A DNA stretch of 63,501 bases, filler included, from Trichosphaerium sp. ATCC 40318 (taxonomy: Eukaryota > Protista > Tubulinea), in the NCBI GenBank assembly GCA_038496445.1. It is 2 parts of 2 records of this genome, joined end to end, with 100 filler letters (N's around TTAATTAATTAA, not from the genome) between each part and the next. Parts side by side here need not be neighbours in the genome. Positions count along the whole stretch, not along the records: positions 1 to 31,995 come from JALMLS010000007.1; 1 more part is not named here. One strand, written 5' to 3'. Made by a program: the position numbers and the translations under genes. The notes below the pieces were generated by a model. That model searched no databases. It saw only the letters and a program-made list of their open reading frames with translations, and was not told where the DNA came from. Each line of letters starts with the position of its first letter. Positions within the stretch are counted from its first letter, which is position 1. This document shows, piece by piece, positions 12,161 to 24,857 of the stretch.

Positions 12161-15100
12161 AACAGCTCGAAAATTTTAGACCTGCATGTCTGTCCAGTCT
12201 TAAACACTCAAAGGGGTAATGGCATTCAGCTACCGCTAACGCATTTCGGCATTCAAAACCTTCAACCTTTGCCCGAAGCAGAACAAGCAAAGATTGACGA
12301 AAAATTAGTAGCGTGGGTTTTAAACAAAGCAAAACCTTTCAAAATCTCAAGTGCGTTAACTACATACAACTTCTGTTTACTCAGACTAACTTTTGATACA
12401 GATGAACTTGAGTTTACAGAACTAGTGAATGAGCTCAATAGACGTTACAAACTACCAAACAAGAAGCTACTCATCCAGCTGTGTCGCACCGAATTTGAAA
12501 AACAAAAGGACCAAATTAAAAGTGCGCTCTCCGCCTCTAATGGAAGACCTACTGTGGTATTGGATGGTTGGTCAGACAAGCGCCATAAGCATTACCTGGG
12601 CGTATCTCTTGTTTACATAGACGAAAACTGGCAAATGTGGTCAATCTGTCTCGCAGTTGTACCATTTGATGAAGCGCAAACCTCAGACAACATCTCAGTA
12701 CTTTTATTATCTTTTTATCAGTTTTTCTTCCTTGTTTTGACGCTTTTCTGTAGGCACGTGTAATAGTGATCCTTGAGGAGTATTCCGTGCTTCCAGGTTG
12801 CTTTGTTAGTGACAATGCAGCTAATATGGTCAAAGCCAATAACCTTCTTGTTGGATGGTGTGAAACTCAACGACAAAGCCTTTTGGACAATTCTTTGTGC
12901 ACCAAATGTTTTGCTTTATGGTGTGACACTGAAGCGTATGGCTGTCAATGCCATACCTTAGAACTCATCATTGGTGAAGCGCTGGCGTCTGTGGAACAGT
13001 GGTTAAGTTCAGTGAGAAAGTTCATCGCAGTATATCGCATGTCAACAACAGCAAAGCGCTACATACAAAAATTTACTGCGAAAGAGTTATATTTTCCACC
13101 TGATGTCTCAACAAGGTACACGCGTTGTTATTTTAACTGTGCTCTGCTGATACGTTCTTTATTGTAGATGGAGCTCAACATATCACATGTTAGAGCACTT
13201 TTTGAAGAACTGTGATGTTTTAATCACAGCGCATGCGGAGTACCGTTCACGTGCCAAAGATAGTGAAGAAATTGCTTGTTTGGATTATTTGAGTGATGTT
13301 CTTCATCATAAACGCCTCAATGTGCTCCAAATAATCAAAGAAGCGCTTGAGCCTATCGCATTTATGGTAGAACAGCTCGAAGGAGACAAGTACCCAACTT
13401 TGTCGCTGGTACAGGTATTAGGCATTGGGTTGAAGAACACGACAACAGCGCTTTTAAATCGCGAAAAAAGCAAAAGAAGTTCGTCAAAGACAGTTATCAC
13501 ATGTCTCCAGAAAATCCTTAGTGGCTTATCCTCACGTTTATTATTTGCTCCTTTAGATGACACAGAGGATGTATATATCCCTGTGGATTATATTGCCTCT
13601 GCATTAGATCCTCGCACCAAAGATTTAGAATTTTTATCTAAAGAAGAGAGAGATCTAATGTGGTCCCATATGGAAGACCTTCTAGCCTCAGTTTATGTAG
13701 AGCCATCTTCTTCAAAGGCAACTAGCAAACAACAAAAGCTTTGTGCTTTATTGGAAGGAAAAGCAAGCCATCAATCAGTACATGTTTTTTTTTCTTTTTC
13801 GTCAATTTTATTTTTTTTCTCCTGTTTATTTGTACTTACAATGTCTTTAGGTTATGATAGAGCTGAAGAAGTACCGCAGTGCCCCTCCACTTGGCTTACT
13901 GGGATGTCCATTGACTTGGTGGAAAAATAATGCGATCTACTATCCAAGCGTAGCTGCACTGGCCAGAGTATACTTGGGTATGCCAGCCAGCTCTGCAACA
14001 GTAGAGCGTGTGTTTTCACGTGGTTCTATCGTTATGACGAAAAAGAGAACACGTTTAAATACACAAAATCTTGAGATGCAAATGTTTTGTGGTACCAACG
14101 CTTCCTATATCCGCTATCTACGTACCAAAAAATGATGTTGATAAATAAACGTTAAATTGTTCAGCTTAAACGGCGGACTACTTTTTTTTTTTGAAAAGCC
14201 AAAAAAGCTGAAGCCGTTCTTGTCGCACCACTACATTCAAGAAAAGTCTTTTGCCAAAAATTTTCCGCAGGAGTTTTTTTAACAATGCATATTTTGAAAC
14301 AAGATGGCCGAGCCAAGTGTTTTTTACTTCTCTAACTACAATGACTCATCATAAGGCCACTTCAATGTGCTTGTTAAGGGCGAGATGTCACAAGGTATTC
14401 ACTACATACAGTGTATGTGTATCATGTTGGGTTTTGCTATCATGGTGATTAGAATACAGCAGTTATCACATGGTTATATTTACTTTGAAGTTACTGAAGC
14501 TACAAGTGACGTTTCAACTCTAATGTATTCCTGTAGAACAGGTACTAATTTTTTGACGTGGAATACCAAAATGTTGCTAATTGTTTAGGAATATCCGAAT
14601 TGTTTCTGTAGGCGTCTACGTTGGTGTACTCCTTGATATGAATAAAACAAGTTGTGTTCACTACTAATGGTTTAAAGTCTCATCCAATAGCTCTTGCTGG
14701 TGATGCATACACACTCTTTTGCAGTATCATTGTACTATGTCACAGAGGCAGTTGAGGTTCTGCGCAGTACTGCTATTATTTTTCTTTGAATTTCAGTGGT
14801 ATTCTTGAGAATACTCAGAAAGGCGTCCGTTAACAACTAGAAACATCATAACTACGCAAACAAGTTGCGTTAGACTTCTGGATATTTTTTGACAATAGCG
14901 TGTACTTAGCTTTTTAAAAAATTGGTCGGAGAACTGTAGAGAGCCTAAGGGTGCTACCATTAAAGCATTAGAGAGAATTTTATTATGTAGTTCCCATTTG
15001 GAAAAAAAATCGCCAAGTCCTTAGCAGTAAACAAAAACGTGAATTTATTTTTTGTACATTATCTACTATATGTCGGGCATATTCTGTTATAATTAGAGCG

Positions 15101-16218
15101 TTCAAAATTATTGTGCAATATCTCCATGAGTTGCTTAAGTTTTTACATGTGATTTTTACAAATTATACGCGAAAAGTCTCATCCCCTGTTCCATAATAGT
15201 AATCTAAAAAGCTCCAATCAATTGCCGTGTACACTGTAGTATCATTGGAAGGAGTTTGGCTAGCAATAAAGTCGCTATCCAATTGCCCAAAATTTTAAGT
15301 TTTTTGGCTGTTCACTACTTTTAAACGTTGTTACTTTAACTCTGTACCCTCCCACATACCATTTTTGAATGAAAGCGTGCATATGACGGTATTTTGACAT
15401 TCTTGACAATGTTTTGTGCTGACCTGCGGCAACTTCTTCAATTGGTTCATTGCACTCAAACCCCAAACGCCTGTCCTTGTGTGGGCATGATTGTTGAGTG
15501 GTTTGATGGACTATTTTTGGTATTTTTTAATTTGAGTTTATAAACGGTTCACTAGGCATGAATTTGTCCCTGCATACCTCAGAAAGTGTATTAATAACTT
15601 TTTGTAGTACAAAAAAATAGTTGAGATGGGATATTTAGGCGAAATCTCAAAGACAAACCATAAAACGGCAGCCATACTCTCAGAACGGGTAGTCATTAAT
15701 GTGTTATAATATTTGACGCGTTATGGCTGCCGTTTAATGGTTTTGAACGTACCTTTAACACAACTGCATTTTCATTCACACAATGACTGCACGCAAATGC
15801 TTTTAGCCGTGTGCTATGCATGTCTAACAAGCAAAGAAAGCTTCCCATGTGCTATTGGGTATTTTTTAATTGTACTGTGACTCAAAAGCCTGTAGCAGCC
15901 CTTAGGTATTCACAACAGACACAACATTCCAAGTGAGACATACGATAGTGGTATCAACATTGAAAAGGCATAACAGGAGGAGAAAATAGTATTTTAAAAT
16001 CTTCTCCGCAAAAATAAATTTTTTTTATGCAGAATCAGAGTTGATTTTTTTTTGACGTTCAAAGTCAAAAAAGCACAATAAAAACAATTAAAACATGATC
16101 CCCACGCATGTGTGCGTGTATACAAGAAGTGGAACTGCTTAATAAAATTCTCTCTAAGCAGTCAAACTAAATCTGAAACAATAAATAAACGCTGCTGCTA
16201 CCGCATTGACCTCGAAAG

Positions 16219-18599
16219 ATGGAAATGATGCAGTTATTACAGTTTCTGACAAAGAGAGCCGGTCTCTTGCAGGAAAATACGAGATTAATTAATGAATCGT
16301 ACCCCAACACCGAAGAAGTATCTGTAAACAGTAGAGCGCTCTCTGAGGTAAATAACGAAATGGAACAGTTTAGCGAGACAAATCCAGCTCTATCACAGCT
16401 ACTTTTGGCCCATGCGCGTGGGTGTTGCTGTTCCGACAAGTCCCAGATGATTGACATCATGGAAAAAACAAAAAGGAAAAGCTCACGTCCTCACGCTATT
16501 AACGACCTCGGCAAGTTCGATACTACCGAAAAGCAGTGCAAAACGCCTCTAGAAAAAATGACACAGGTAGATCTGATGGGTATCAAGCTTTTTAAACGCG
16601 AAAACTACCTCTTATGCCGTATTATTACGTGCACCGTAGAGCTTGTAGGTTTTACTTTCGGCATAGAGGACCTCGCAGGCAACGTCATGGTAGGATGCGT
16701 ATATAATGCTCCAGACGTTTCTCAGTTCTCCACTGGGCGTATTATAGCTTGGAAACTACCGTACTTGAAGATTGCGGCTAGCGGTTGGAATCTTTTGATC
16801 CGATGCGATAACCCTAAAAATATTGTTTTTCTTGACGAAAGCGACGATGCCTTGAAGGGAACCTCGTGGCACAAACCTTTTCATACCAATACAGCAGATG
16901 GATGGAAGTCAAGAGGTAATAATTATGTAAAGGAGAAGCGTTGGGATAAGGCTGTAGAGTGTTATACGAAGGGACTGTCGATTGATAAAAATCATGTGAT
17001 TTTATATTCAAACCGAAGTCAAGCACATCTTTCGCTTGGTTTATGGAAGAATGCTCTTGAAGACGCTAAAAAGGCTCTTTCTATTGATCCTAATCATAAC
17101 AAGAGTATTTATCGCGCAGGTATGGCGTTACTAAATATGGAATGTTACAGGGAAGCAGTTGAATACTTCGAAAGATGTCCGCTCGCAAAATCTAAATTAG
17201 TCATTGCAAAACAATTCATTCTAGAAAGCGAGGAGTGTAAGTATGACTGGAATTATTTCTTTGAGACTTGTTATGGTAGAAGACGAAGAAATTTAGATAA
17301 GGTAGCCACATTCATGTCGAAGAAAATCAAAGTTACAACCGAAGGAACAGTTCGAGGAAAAGGTATTATTGCTACAGAGGATATCGAGACCGGAACTGTC
17401 ATCCTTGTTGAGCAAGCTCTTGCAAGCGTTATTGGAAGTAGTGAGTCAGCTAGTAGGGTAGAGTATGGTGTTGTTGAACGGTATACTGATCCACAACATA
17501 ACGAACTATGTAAGAAATTACTTCAACTTGCGAACAACGATGAGCTTGTTACACAAAAATTATTGGACCTTTCTACTTCTGATATGGATGAAGCTTCTCA
17601 AGATCACTCTCTAGGGCAACATATTAGGAATGTTGTATCTACTTGTTCTTTTGGGCTTAGTATGGATGAATTCGAAAGAGAAGATGAGTCGACACTCACC
17701 GCTCTTTATTACTACTTTAGTTTATTCAATCATAGCTGTTACCCAAATATTTGGACGTTTTCAGTTGGTAATGTCTTTACAGCTATGGCTGCACGTGATA
17801 TTAAGAAAGGAGAGGAGATTTATGTTACTTATACTCTTAGAGACGCGTTTGTTACTGAAAGACGTCGAGGATTGTCTCAAAGAAGCTTCACTTGTAAGTG
17901 CTCTAGATGTACTAATGAAGATTTCCCAGAGAACTTTGAATTGTTCGCTAAGGTTGAGAGTATGTATCATAACCTGGATGCCAAGTTACAAAGAGGAATC
18001 GATATTAACAGTACAGAAGAGCTTAAGGAATCCTTAAACTTAGCAAGACGTGTTATTGACGGAGGTATCATTGAGAAGAAAATTATTCGACTTGCTATGC
18101 TGTCAAGCAGAGGAAACAAGGCTATGATGATATACTGGTTTAAGAAGATGCAAGAATTATATGATACAGCATCTTATAGACCTGCTGAAGGATGGCCTGG
18201 ACAGGCTTGCTTCGAAAGCCTTGTGCTGGCAGCGTACGTCAACTTTTTTTATGGACCTTTTTTTCTTTTGCGGTTTTTTTTTCTATTCATCTTTGTTTGT
18301 TTTTTCCACGCTTGTATTCAAACTGCTATGAATATGTATATGATCATAGTGCATATACAGCATACTATGTTATGTACAGTAACATTCCAAGAATTCAGGC
18401 GTTTCTTTTAAGGAGTAGTTGAACACGAATTATCATGCTAATTGTTTTCTTTTTCAGGCTTGATACAGAGAACTCTGAGAAATGGACTAAACGTGGTAAA
18501 CGATTAATGAGACTTGGCGTACCACCTGCTATGTGTGACTTGTTTTTTGAGGCACTCATTAAAAAAGTTCGTCCTTACGCCCGTAGCCTTGTTGCATAA
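16219..18599 (+). CDS. TPR- and SET-domain protein (SMYD-like lysine methyltransferase)
   Basis: TPRs (KSRGNNYVKEKRWDKAVECYTKGL, LYSNRSQAHL); SET motifs GKGIIATEDIETG, FNHSCYPN, AARDIKKGEEIYVTY; post-SET FTCKCSRC; last exon from ~18458 to TAA 18597-18599. Confidence 0.9.
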
Positions 18600-18990
18600 A
18601 AAAACTGGTTCGTCCACAAATTTTTGTTTATCAATGTCATTGCTAACGTTATTCAAATACTACAGGATCCTTATGTGCTATTTATTTGTTTATAATCACG
18701 TGGAGTGGTGTATACAACCGATGATAAAAATAAATCTTTTGGGAATAATAAACCGTCAATAAATACTTCAAAAAAAACTCGGTAGTTCACCTCCCTTGTA
18801 GATAATAGTTTGCTTGTACTTTAATACATTGAGTGCATTTTATTATACAATGTATTTAGTACGTTGTTCTTGATAAGTGTTCCATATTATCGGACTCCAC
18901 GTGACATGCACCATTATCTGAACAGCAAGTGAATCTCATGAGTTGTCACATGATTTTTTCCGGGTTAAGTTAGTTATTTCATTTGGCACT

Positions 18991-20831
18991 ATGGCGAACG
19001 TCAAGGGCATAGTACTATCGTCTTTAGCGGCTACAGGCGAAATATGTTGCCTAGTTGGTGCAGGTGAGTCTGAATGTGATACTGGCTATTGCCTACGCGT
19101 TTTTAACTCAAACTAGGCGTATTTATGGTTAGAACAGGCGTTTTAAGCGATAACTCGGTGAAAGACATATCAAAACTCATTAAATCGCTTATAATGCCCG
19201 CATTACTGTTCGCCAGAGGTACGCCAACGCTTACTTTTTATATTCTCAAACATACTGATTGTTTGCAGTTTCTGAGGCTGTAACGCTTTCAAAATTGGTT
19301 ACATACTGGCCTACTATTGTATTTCCTTACTTGTACATTGCTTTTGGGCTTCTAATTGGCTATACAATCACAAAGTATGGAAATAGCTGCGTTCTTGCTT
19401 TACATGGAATTTTCGACGGACTATTTTTTCTTATTTTTTTTGCAGAGTTTGTTGTACATCTACATCTCTTAGACGTTTCATGATGTGTGTTCTCGCTTTT
19501 TCGAATTCAACGAGTATGGTTTTGGCGTACATGTCATCACTCATTGATAAATCACCCCAAGTACTTCTTCAACCCGTTTGTCTTTTTTACTTACCGGTGA
19601 TCTTGTCTGCATCAAATGTTGCGTTCATAGCGGTTTTCTGGTTTTTACTATCTCTTACACTCATTCCACTACTTTAGTTGTTTCAATCAGATGCCAAAGA
19701 ATCCACTGAGACACTCCAGGTATTTCCTTTAGAGAATCAATGATAAATACGAAAAAAATAAGAAAATACTTATACTACCACGAAAAAGGTTACGGCTGTG
19801 TCGTACATTCTGTTGATTACAATTTTTATGCAATTTCCGAGGTGGTTGATTGGTTATAACCTACTAGCAAAAAGAAAGGTACGGTAATCAATACTGTTAG
19901 TAGTTTTGGCCTTCGAATAGTCACCCAATAATTGTTCTAAATAGGATGATACCACCCAAGGTTCAAATGGCATCACGGGCATTATGAAAGACACTGAAAT
20001 GGATGTACTCATGCAAAATGATGATAATGATATTATAGAAATAGATGAAGATGAAATTGAGCCTGAGGAAGGCGCACAAATATCAACAGAGGAAAAAAAA
20101 GGCGTGATGGAATACATTACTAGATATGCTAAAATAGTTTGGAGTATGCTTACACCACCAATATATGTAGGTGTGATTGGTAAGTTGTTGTCAATAATGG
20201 CTATACACTAATATGCGAAAGCTGTTTTTATTGGCTGTGTACCTCAACTTAGGGCTCTGTTTCATGAAAGCAGTTATATCAAAGGGACACCTCCTTTAAG
20301 TTTTATTACAAAGGCTTGCAAGATGATAGGTAGCTGTCTTGTACCGTTTTCAATGATTATACTAGGAAGTAAAATAGCTTATGTACGTACTATTGGACTA
20401 ACATTGTCACAGTTGATAACCACAGATTTGTTAGGGACCACCAACAAAGGAGGTTTCTTTGAAATGGTTAAGCATTGCAACTTTTATTAAGTTAATTATC
20501 ATGCCTGCTATCTTTACCTTTGGTATCGTTTATTTCATTGCACATAAAGTTATTGGATTGTTTACAGATGACAAGATAATGCTAGTTGTTCTAATGCTTG
20601 AAGGATGTACGTCAGTGTTTATTGAAATTACATCTGAAAACTTCATTCTGTTATTGGCATCCAAAATACTGATCAAACATAGGCACACCCACTGCTATAG
20701 GCGTTGTTGTAATGGCAACAATACATGGGAACATGGCAGATGGCGTATCTGCTTTACTATTTTATCAGTACATTGCCGGACTTGTTACAGTATCTGTAGG
20801 CGCAATGGCAATACTTGCTGCTGTACATTAA
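18991..20831 (+). CDS. Auxin efflux carrier / PILS-like membrane transporter (Mem_trans family)
   Basis: Multi-exon hydrophobic protein: LIMPALLFA, LAFSNSTSM, acidic central loop, LTPPIYVGVI, GSCLVPFSMIILGS, IKLIIMP, TPTAI. Confidence 0.8.
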
Positions 20832-20983
20832 GAAATAAACAAATTTGCTACACTCCTTACATGTTCTAAACAGTTGGTTTGCTTTTTGATGTCTTTATCA
20901 TTAGCTGCTAATAGTGATTGAGCCCACACTACTACGATTTCTAAAGGGCCAAACACTTTATTGGCTTAGATGAACCACTTTGC

Positions 20984-23771
20984 TTACAACAACAAAAGAA
21001 GCGACAACATACATATTAGAGTAACAGCCAATGAACTGCAGAATACATATGAAGAAGAACTTGATGGGGATGAGGTAGCGCCAGGTTCTGACGTTTGACT
21101 AGGTGAAGAAACAGGTGGAAGCGTCTATGTTTAACAAAAAAATCAATAAAACTGTTTGTGGGCTATCACGTGTAACAATATAAAAATGAGTCAAAACGTA
21201 CAACAAATTCATTACATTTGACAAAATCTTTAACTTGAGCAATTGTTGAAGACCATACCTAACATGTGAATTAAAACAACCGTTCATCTGTTGTTTACAG
21301 AGAAACAAACAAGAAAACTCACACTTTTATCTCCTGAAGGGCACACTGTTGGAAATATTAGTTCTCCTTTACCACCATTAGCAGCACAATTCAAGGACAT
21401 CTATGTATAAACACATTACCAAAAATCAAACTGAGCAACTATTAGAACGTACATCTGGTCTTCCTCCTGGTATTCCACCAAGTTGTATTGCTCTAGCTAA
21501 TTCCAGCACTTCGGCCATACTTTTGTCTGCACCACCTCCACCAGTAACGATATTTGTGTGAGGACCATCATAAGTGCATAGTAAACAACAAGATAGCTCA
21601 GCAAATGCATTTCGGCAATCTTCTGGAAAAGTATCTCCAATGCGTTTTCGAAAGCCCTCTAATTCTGTGGCTATCATGGTAAAGCATTTCGTCTTTCTTA
21701 GCTACATAGAAAATCAGCGGATAGTCCATATTACTTTCTGTAAATCCAAAAAGTAAAGTACTGCGTGGAGTCATTGATTTGTTCGGATGAGAAAAAAAAA
21801 GGAAATTATAAGTAAACAAAATAGTTGCTATTATTCACAGTACCTTTTCCACAACGCTCTCGCAATTTTTATACAGTACAGGAGGGAAATAATGATCATC
21901 CGTTTCATACTTAGGAACGTATTTTACTCCACGATCAGAGCTGTCAAATAAACACTTTCCACCTGTTTTGAAGAAATCAACAAAAAGGATGTATGGATCT
22001 CTGAGGGTTTTTTTAACATGTACCGCTAGTGCCATCACAAAAACATCCTAATCCAAATCCACAAGTATCTTGAGAGTTATCTAGTATGTATGACGCATCA
22101 CAAGAATCGCCCTATAAGATGTGTTAACGCAAAGTAATTAAACACTGGACAGTAGTAAAGCAAAAATTCTTACATATCTTAAACGTGGTACACAAGTTCC
22201 AGATTCACAAGTAGCACTATCCCCGCATTCAAAGTATCGGAAACATGTGTCATTCTAATATTAGATCATAAGAGAAGTACGAGTTGGTAGAATTAATTAA
22301 ACGTACTGCAGCTAAAGGTTGTTGACATGTTCCAAAAGCATACTTTGTGCCATTGTTGCTGATACATCTCAATTCTTTATGGTTGATCAATACAACATTG
22401 TTATTACACATAGCTTACCCTTCTCGCAATTGTCATTTTGTGGTTGGTCTGTAACGCAACGTTCACCCTTTTGCAACAAACAATGAGAAAATAATGAACA
22501 ACTGAACATACCAAGGAGAATGGTGTTTTGCCAAAACAAACTTTATCTGGATACATTCCCGCGCAAATATTTGATTCACACTCTTCACCATTACCACATT
22601 GCTGTAACTACATACATATAAGTTCAGTAATGGGTCATGGTTGTGCGTACATCTGCTTTCTTGCTAACACATCTCTTAGTTTCAGAGTTCCAATATTCTG
22701 TTGAACTATCACAGGATCTCTCAGGATCACCACAAACAAACTCTTTGGCTGGGTTTAACTGGAAACACTCTTCTTGGGGTTCGCACGATAAATGTGAGCA
22801 ATCCTAAGTGACAAAAGTCATGCTTGGCGAAAATGGTTGCTACCGTGTTCGTACCGTGCCAACACATTTGGAATCAGTACAGTTTTGTGATTGACACTCG
22901 AAGAATTGATCACAGGATTCCCCAATCTTTTTATCAAAACTGCGGCAAGTTCCTTCAACGCACATTCCAGTAAGGCATTCACCATTGCTAGAACATGAAT
23001 CACCAATACAACTTTGTTTATATTGACAGGTAAGTGTTCCTTGATCACAGTAAAGTGCCACATAATTACATTGAAACACTTTCTGTTTAACATGACCAGA
23101 TTAATATAAGAAAGGGACATTGATTTGACGTACCAAATTTGTTCGAAACAAGGCATTAGACGTGCAATTAGCTCCAAATTTTTCTTGTGTAATTATTTCT
23201 GCGCACATACCGGAATTACAGGTAAGACTAAACTCACAATCAATACCTCTTTAACAACAGATTAGCTAGGCAAATTTGAAATATTGTATGTACATACTGT
23301 TCACATGATTCTCCAATACGAGAGAGCGTTCTACAATTACAAATTCCAGATCCCCTTGGCTCACAATGGCACTTATCCCCTTCAGCGCAAATATAGCTAT
23401 GTTGTTAGTAATGTAATCACAGAAATGTTGATTAAATCTAAAAAAACGTGGCTGTACCTATTGTTACACCTAGAACCAGTCGGTACTGTAATCTTATCAG
23501 CGCAAATCCCTTGAATGCATGCTTGGTGTTCTAGGCAATTATCGCAGTCCGGGGGTACGCACTTACCATTGAGGCATCTGTACCTCTCATTGGCACTCTT
23601 GAAAAAAAGAGAGTCAACCTTCCAATTTCTTATGGCGTTGTTTGTTACCTGCGTCTTGCAGTCGTCATAAGATGAACACGAGAATGAAGGGTCACAAACA
23701 TTTCCCAATGACTCGTAGCATAAACAAAGAATGATAATCAGAAAGATGATTGGTGTAGTTGTTGTACACAT
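20984..23771 (-). CDS. Secreted Cys-rich repeat surface protein, probably GPI-anchored
   Basis: Signal peptide IIFLIIILCLCYESLG; many short Cys repeats (GDSCSSNGECLTGMCVEGTC, GESCDQFFECQSQNCTDSKC); C-terminal SSPSSSSSYVFCSSLAVTLICMLSLLLLL*. Confidence 0.75.
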
Positions 23772-24857
23772 GGGTAGAAAGAAAGTTATATTGAATCACG
23801 AGATTACAATCCATTGTTACCCGGTAAATACCCAAAAAATAAACTTCACATCAAAGTTTGTGGGTCTTCAACGTTATATGTTTGTAAAGACGAACGTATT
23901 ATCCCCCATGTTGTGGCTTCATAACGAAAAATGCAATTTCGGGTATTTCATACGTGCCAAGACGTTGACAAAAAACCCAGTAATTACACTAACAAAATTA
24001 CTAAAAGGAACTAAAATCACTGTCCCTTTTAAGGTGGGTCATTGAGGTAAAGGCGCGTGTAGGTACTAGTGGCGTTTATGGCACTGTGGTTATTCTTGAT
24101 ATTAAATTGTTCGATACCAACGATTCAATAATCATACATGATACTTTAACTTGTTACTAGCTACACAATAACCAACCTACATTGTGAACTAAACGGCCAA
24201 ATATGTTACCGGATTCGGTTGACATATTACGATCTTGTTGAGAAGGATATTTTCGGTTTACAACATAGTACTTTAAATTATAACTATCTCACGAGTAACC
24301 TGACACTACTACCTGTGCACGGTACCAAACTTTAATCGCCGAACCCTAACCCAATACGCAAGCTCATAATAAATGACGCATCTACCATCCAATTGCTATC
24401 AGGGAGCACTGAATTTGTTAAGATTCTACACTAAAAAGTCCAAAACCGAATATTGTTAAGAGGCTGTGATTAGCTCTGTCTTCCATCCTTTGATGCGACA
24501 AGTAAGATCGGAATTTCTTTTCGGTTGGAACATGTTTGGTTGTCTTGGGTTGGTAGATGACGGTAGGCATGGCCAAGGTATTATCACTCAATAACGTTAG
24601 AACGAATTTAGCAGGCGTCTCAAAACCTTTTAACACGTGCTGTTCTAAAAACTGTTAACGCAAAAGTGTCCTTACCTTTTTGTCAGTAGTTTCAATGTTT
24701 TAGATATTCCATCAGTGCTTTTGTAGGCCTTGTACAACTCATTAGCTACATTGTAACACTTTGGTATTTGACGGTTTCTATAGCGTATGAGTTGTAGTGT
24801 AGTTTCATGCCTGAATTCAAAAGTTACATAATTTTATTAACACTCGACTAGGAGCTT

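Larger units (their letters stand above)
10294..12184. mobile_element. Non-autonomous TIR element (1891 bp) nested in the hAT transposase
   Basis: Ends CAGGTCTGAAAATT and AATTTTAGACCTG; CA duplicated on both flanks; removing the element plus one CA restores the reading RHISHVCPVLNTQRG. Confidence 0.88.
10121..14135 (+). pseudogene. hAT transposase (BED finger, DDE, dimerisation domain), intron-containing, interrupted by a nested element
   Basis: BED CNYC...RHISHVC; LDGWSD; FVSDNAANM; CQCH; TRWSSTYHML; WWK...YPSVAALARVYLGMPASSATVERVFS; introns ~12353-12400, ~12698-12753, ~13116-13168, ~13778-13850. Confidence 0.9.
10006..14233 (+). mobile_element. hAT-superfamily DNA transposon
   Basis: Perfect 8-bp TSD CATTCAAG at 9998-10005 and 14234-14241; imperfect TIRs TAGAGGTGGGAAAGGAATGAC and TAGTGGTGCGACAAGAACGGC (rc); internal transposase. 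Confidence 0.93.

Noticed and set aside
10297-12179. Nested element could be spliced out as an intron (AG|GTCTG...TTTTAG)
   Set aside because: Splicing at these sites leaves 10 extra nt and shifts the transposase frame, so it is not a clean introner-like rescue.
11924-12184. Tyr/Gly/Ile-rich N-terminus of ORF 11924-12763
   Set aside because: It is a read-through of the subterminal repeats of the nested element, not part of the transposase.
15275-15466. Isolated short ORFs (also 24418-24636)
   Set aside because: No motif or consistent exon chain could be built.
24340-24352. AACCCTAACCC telomere-like text
   Set aside because: It is under two units long and expected by chance.
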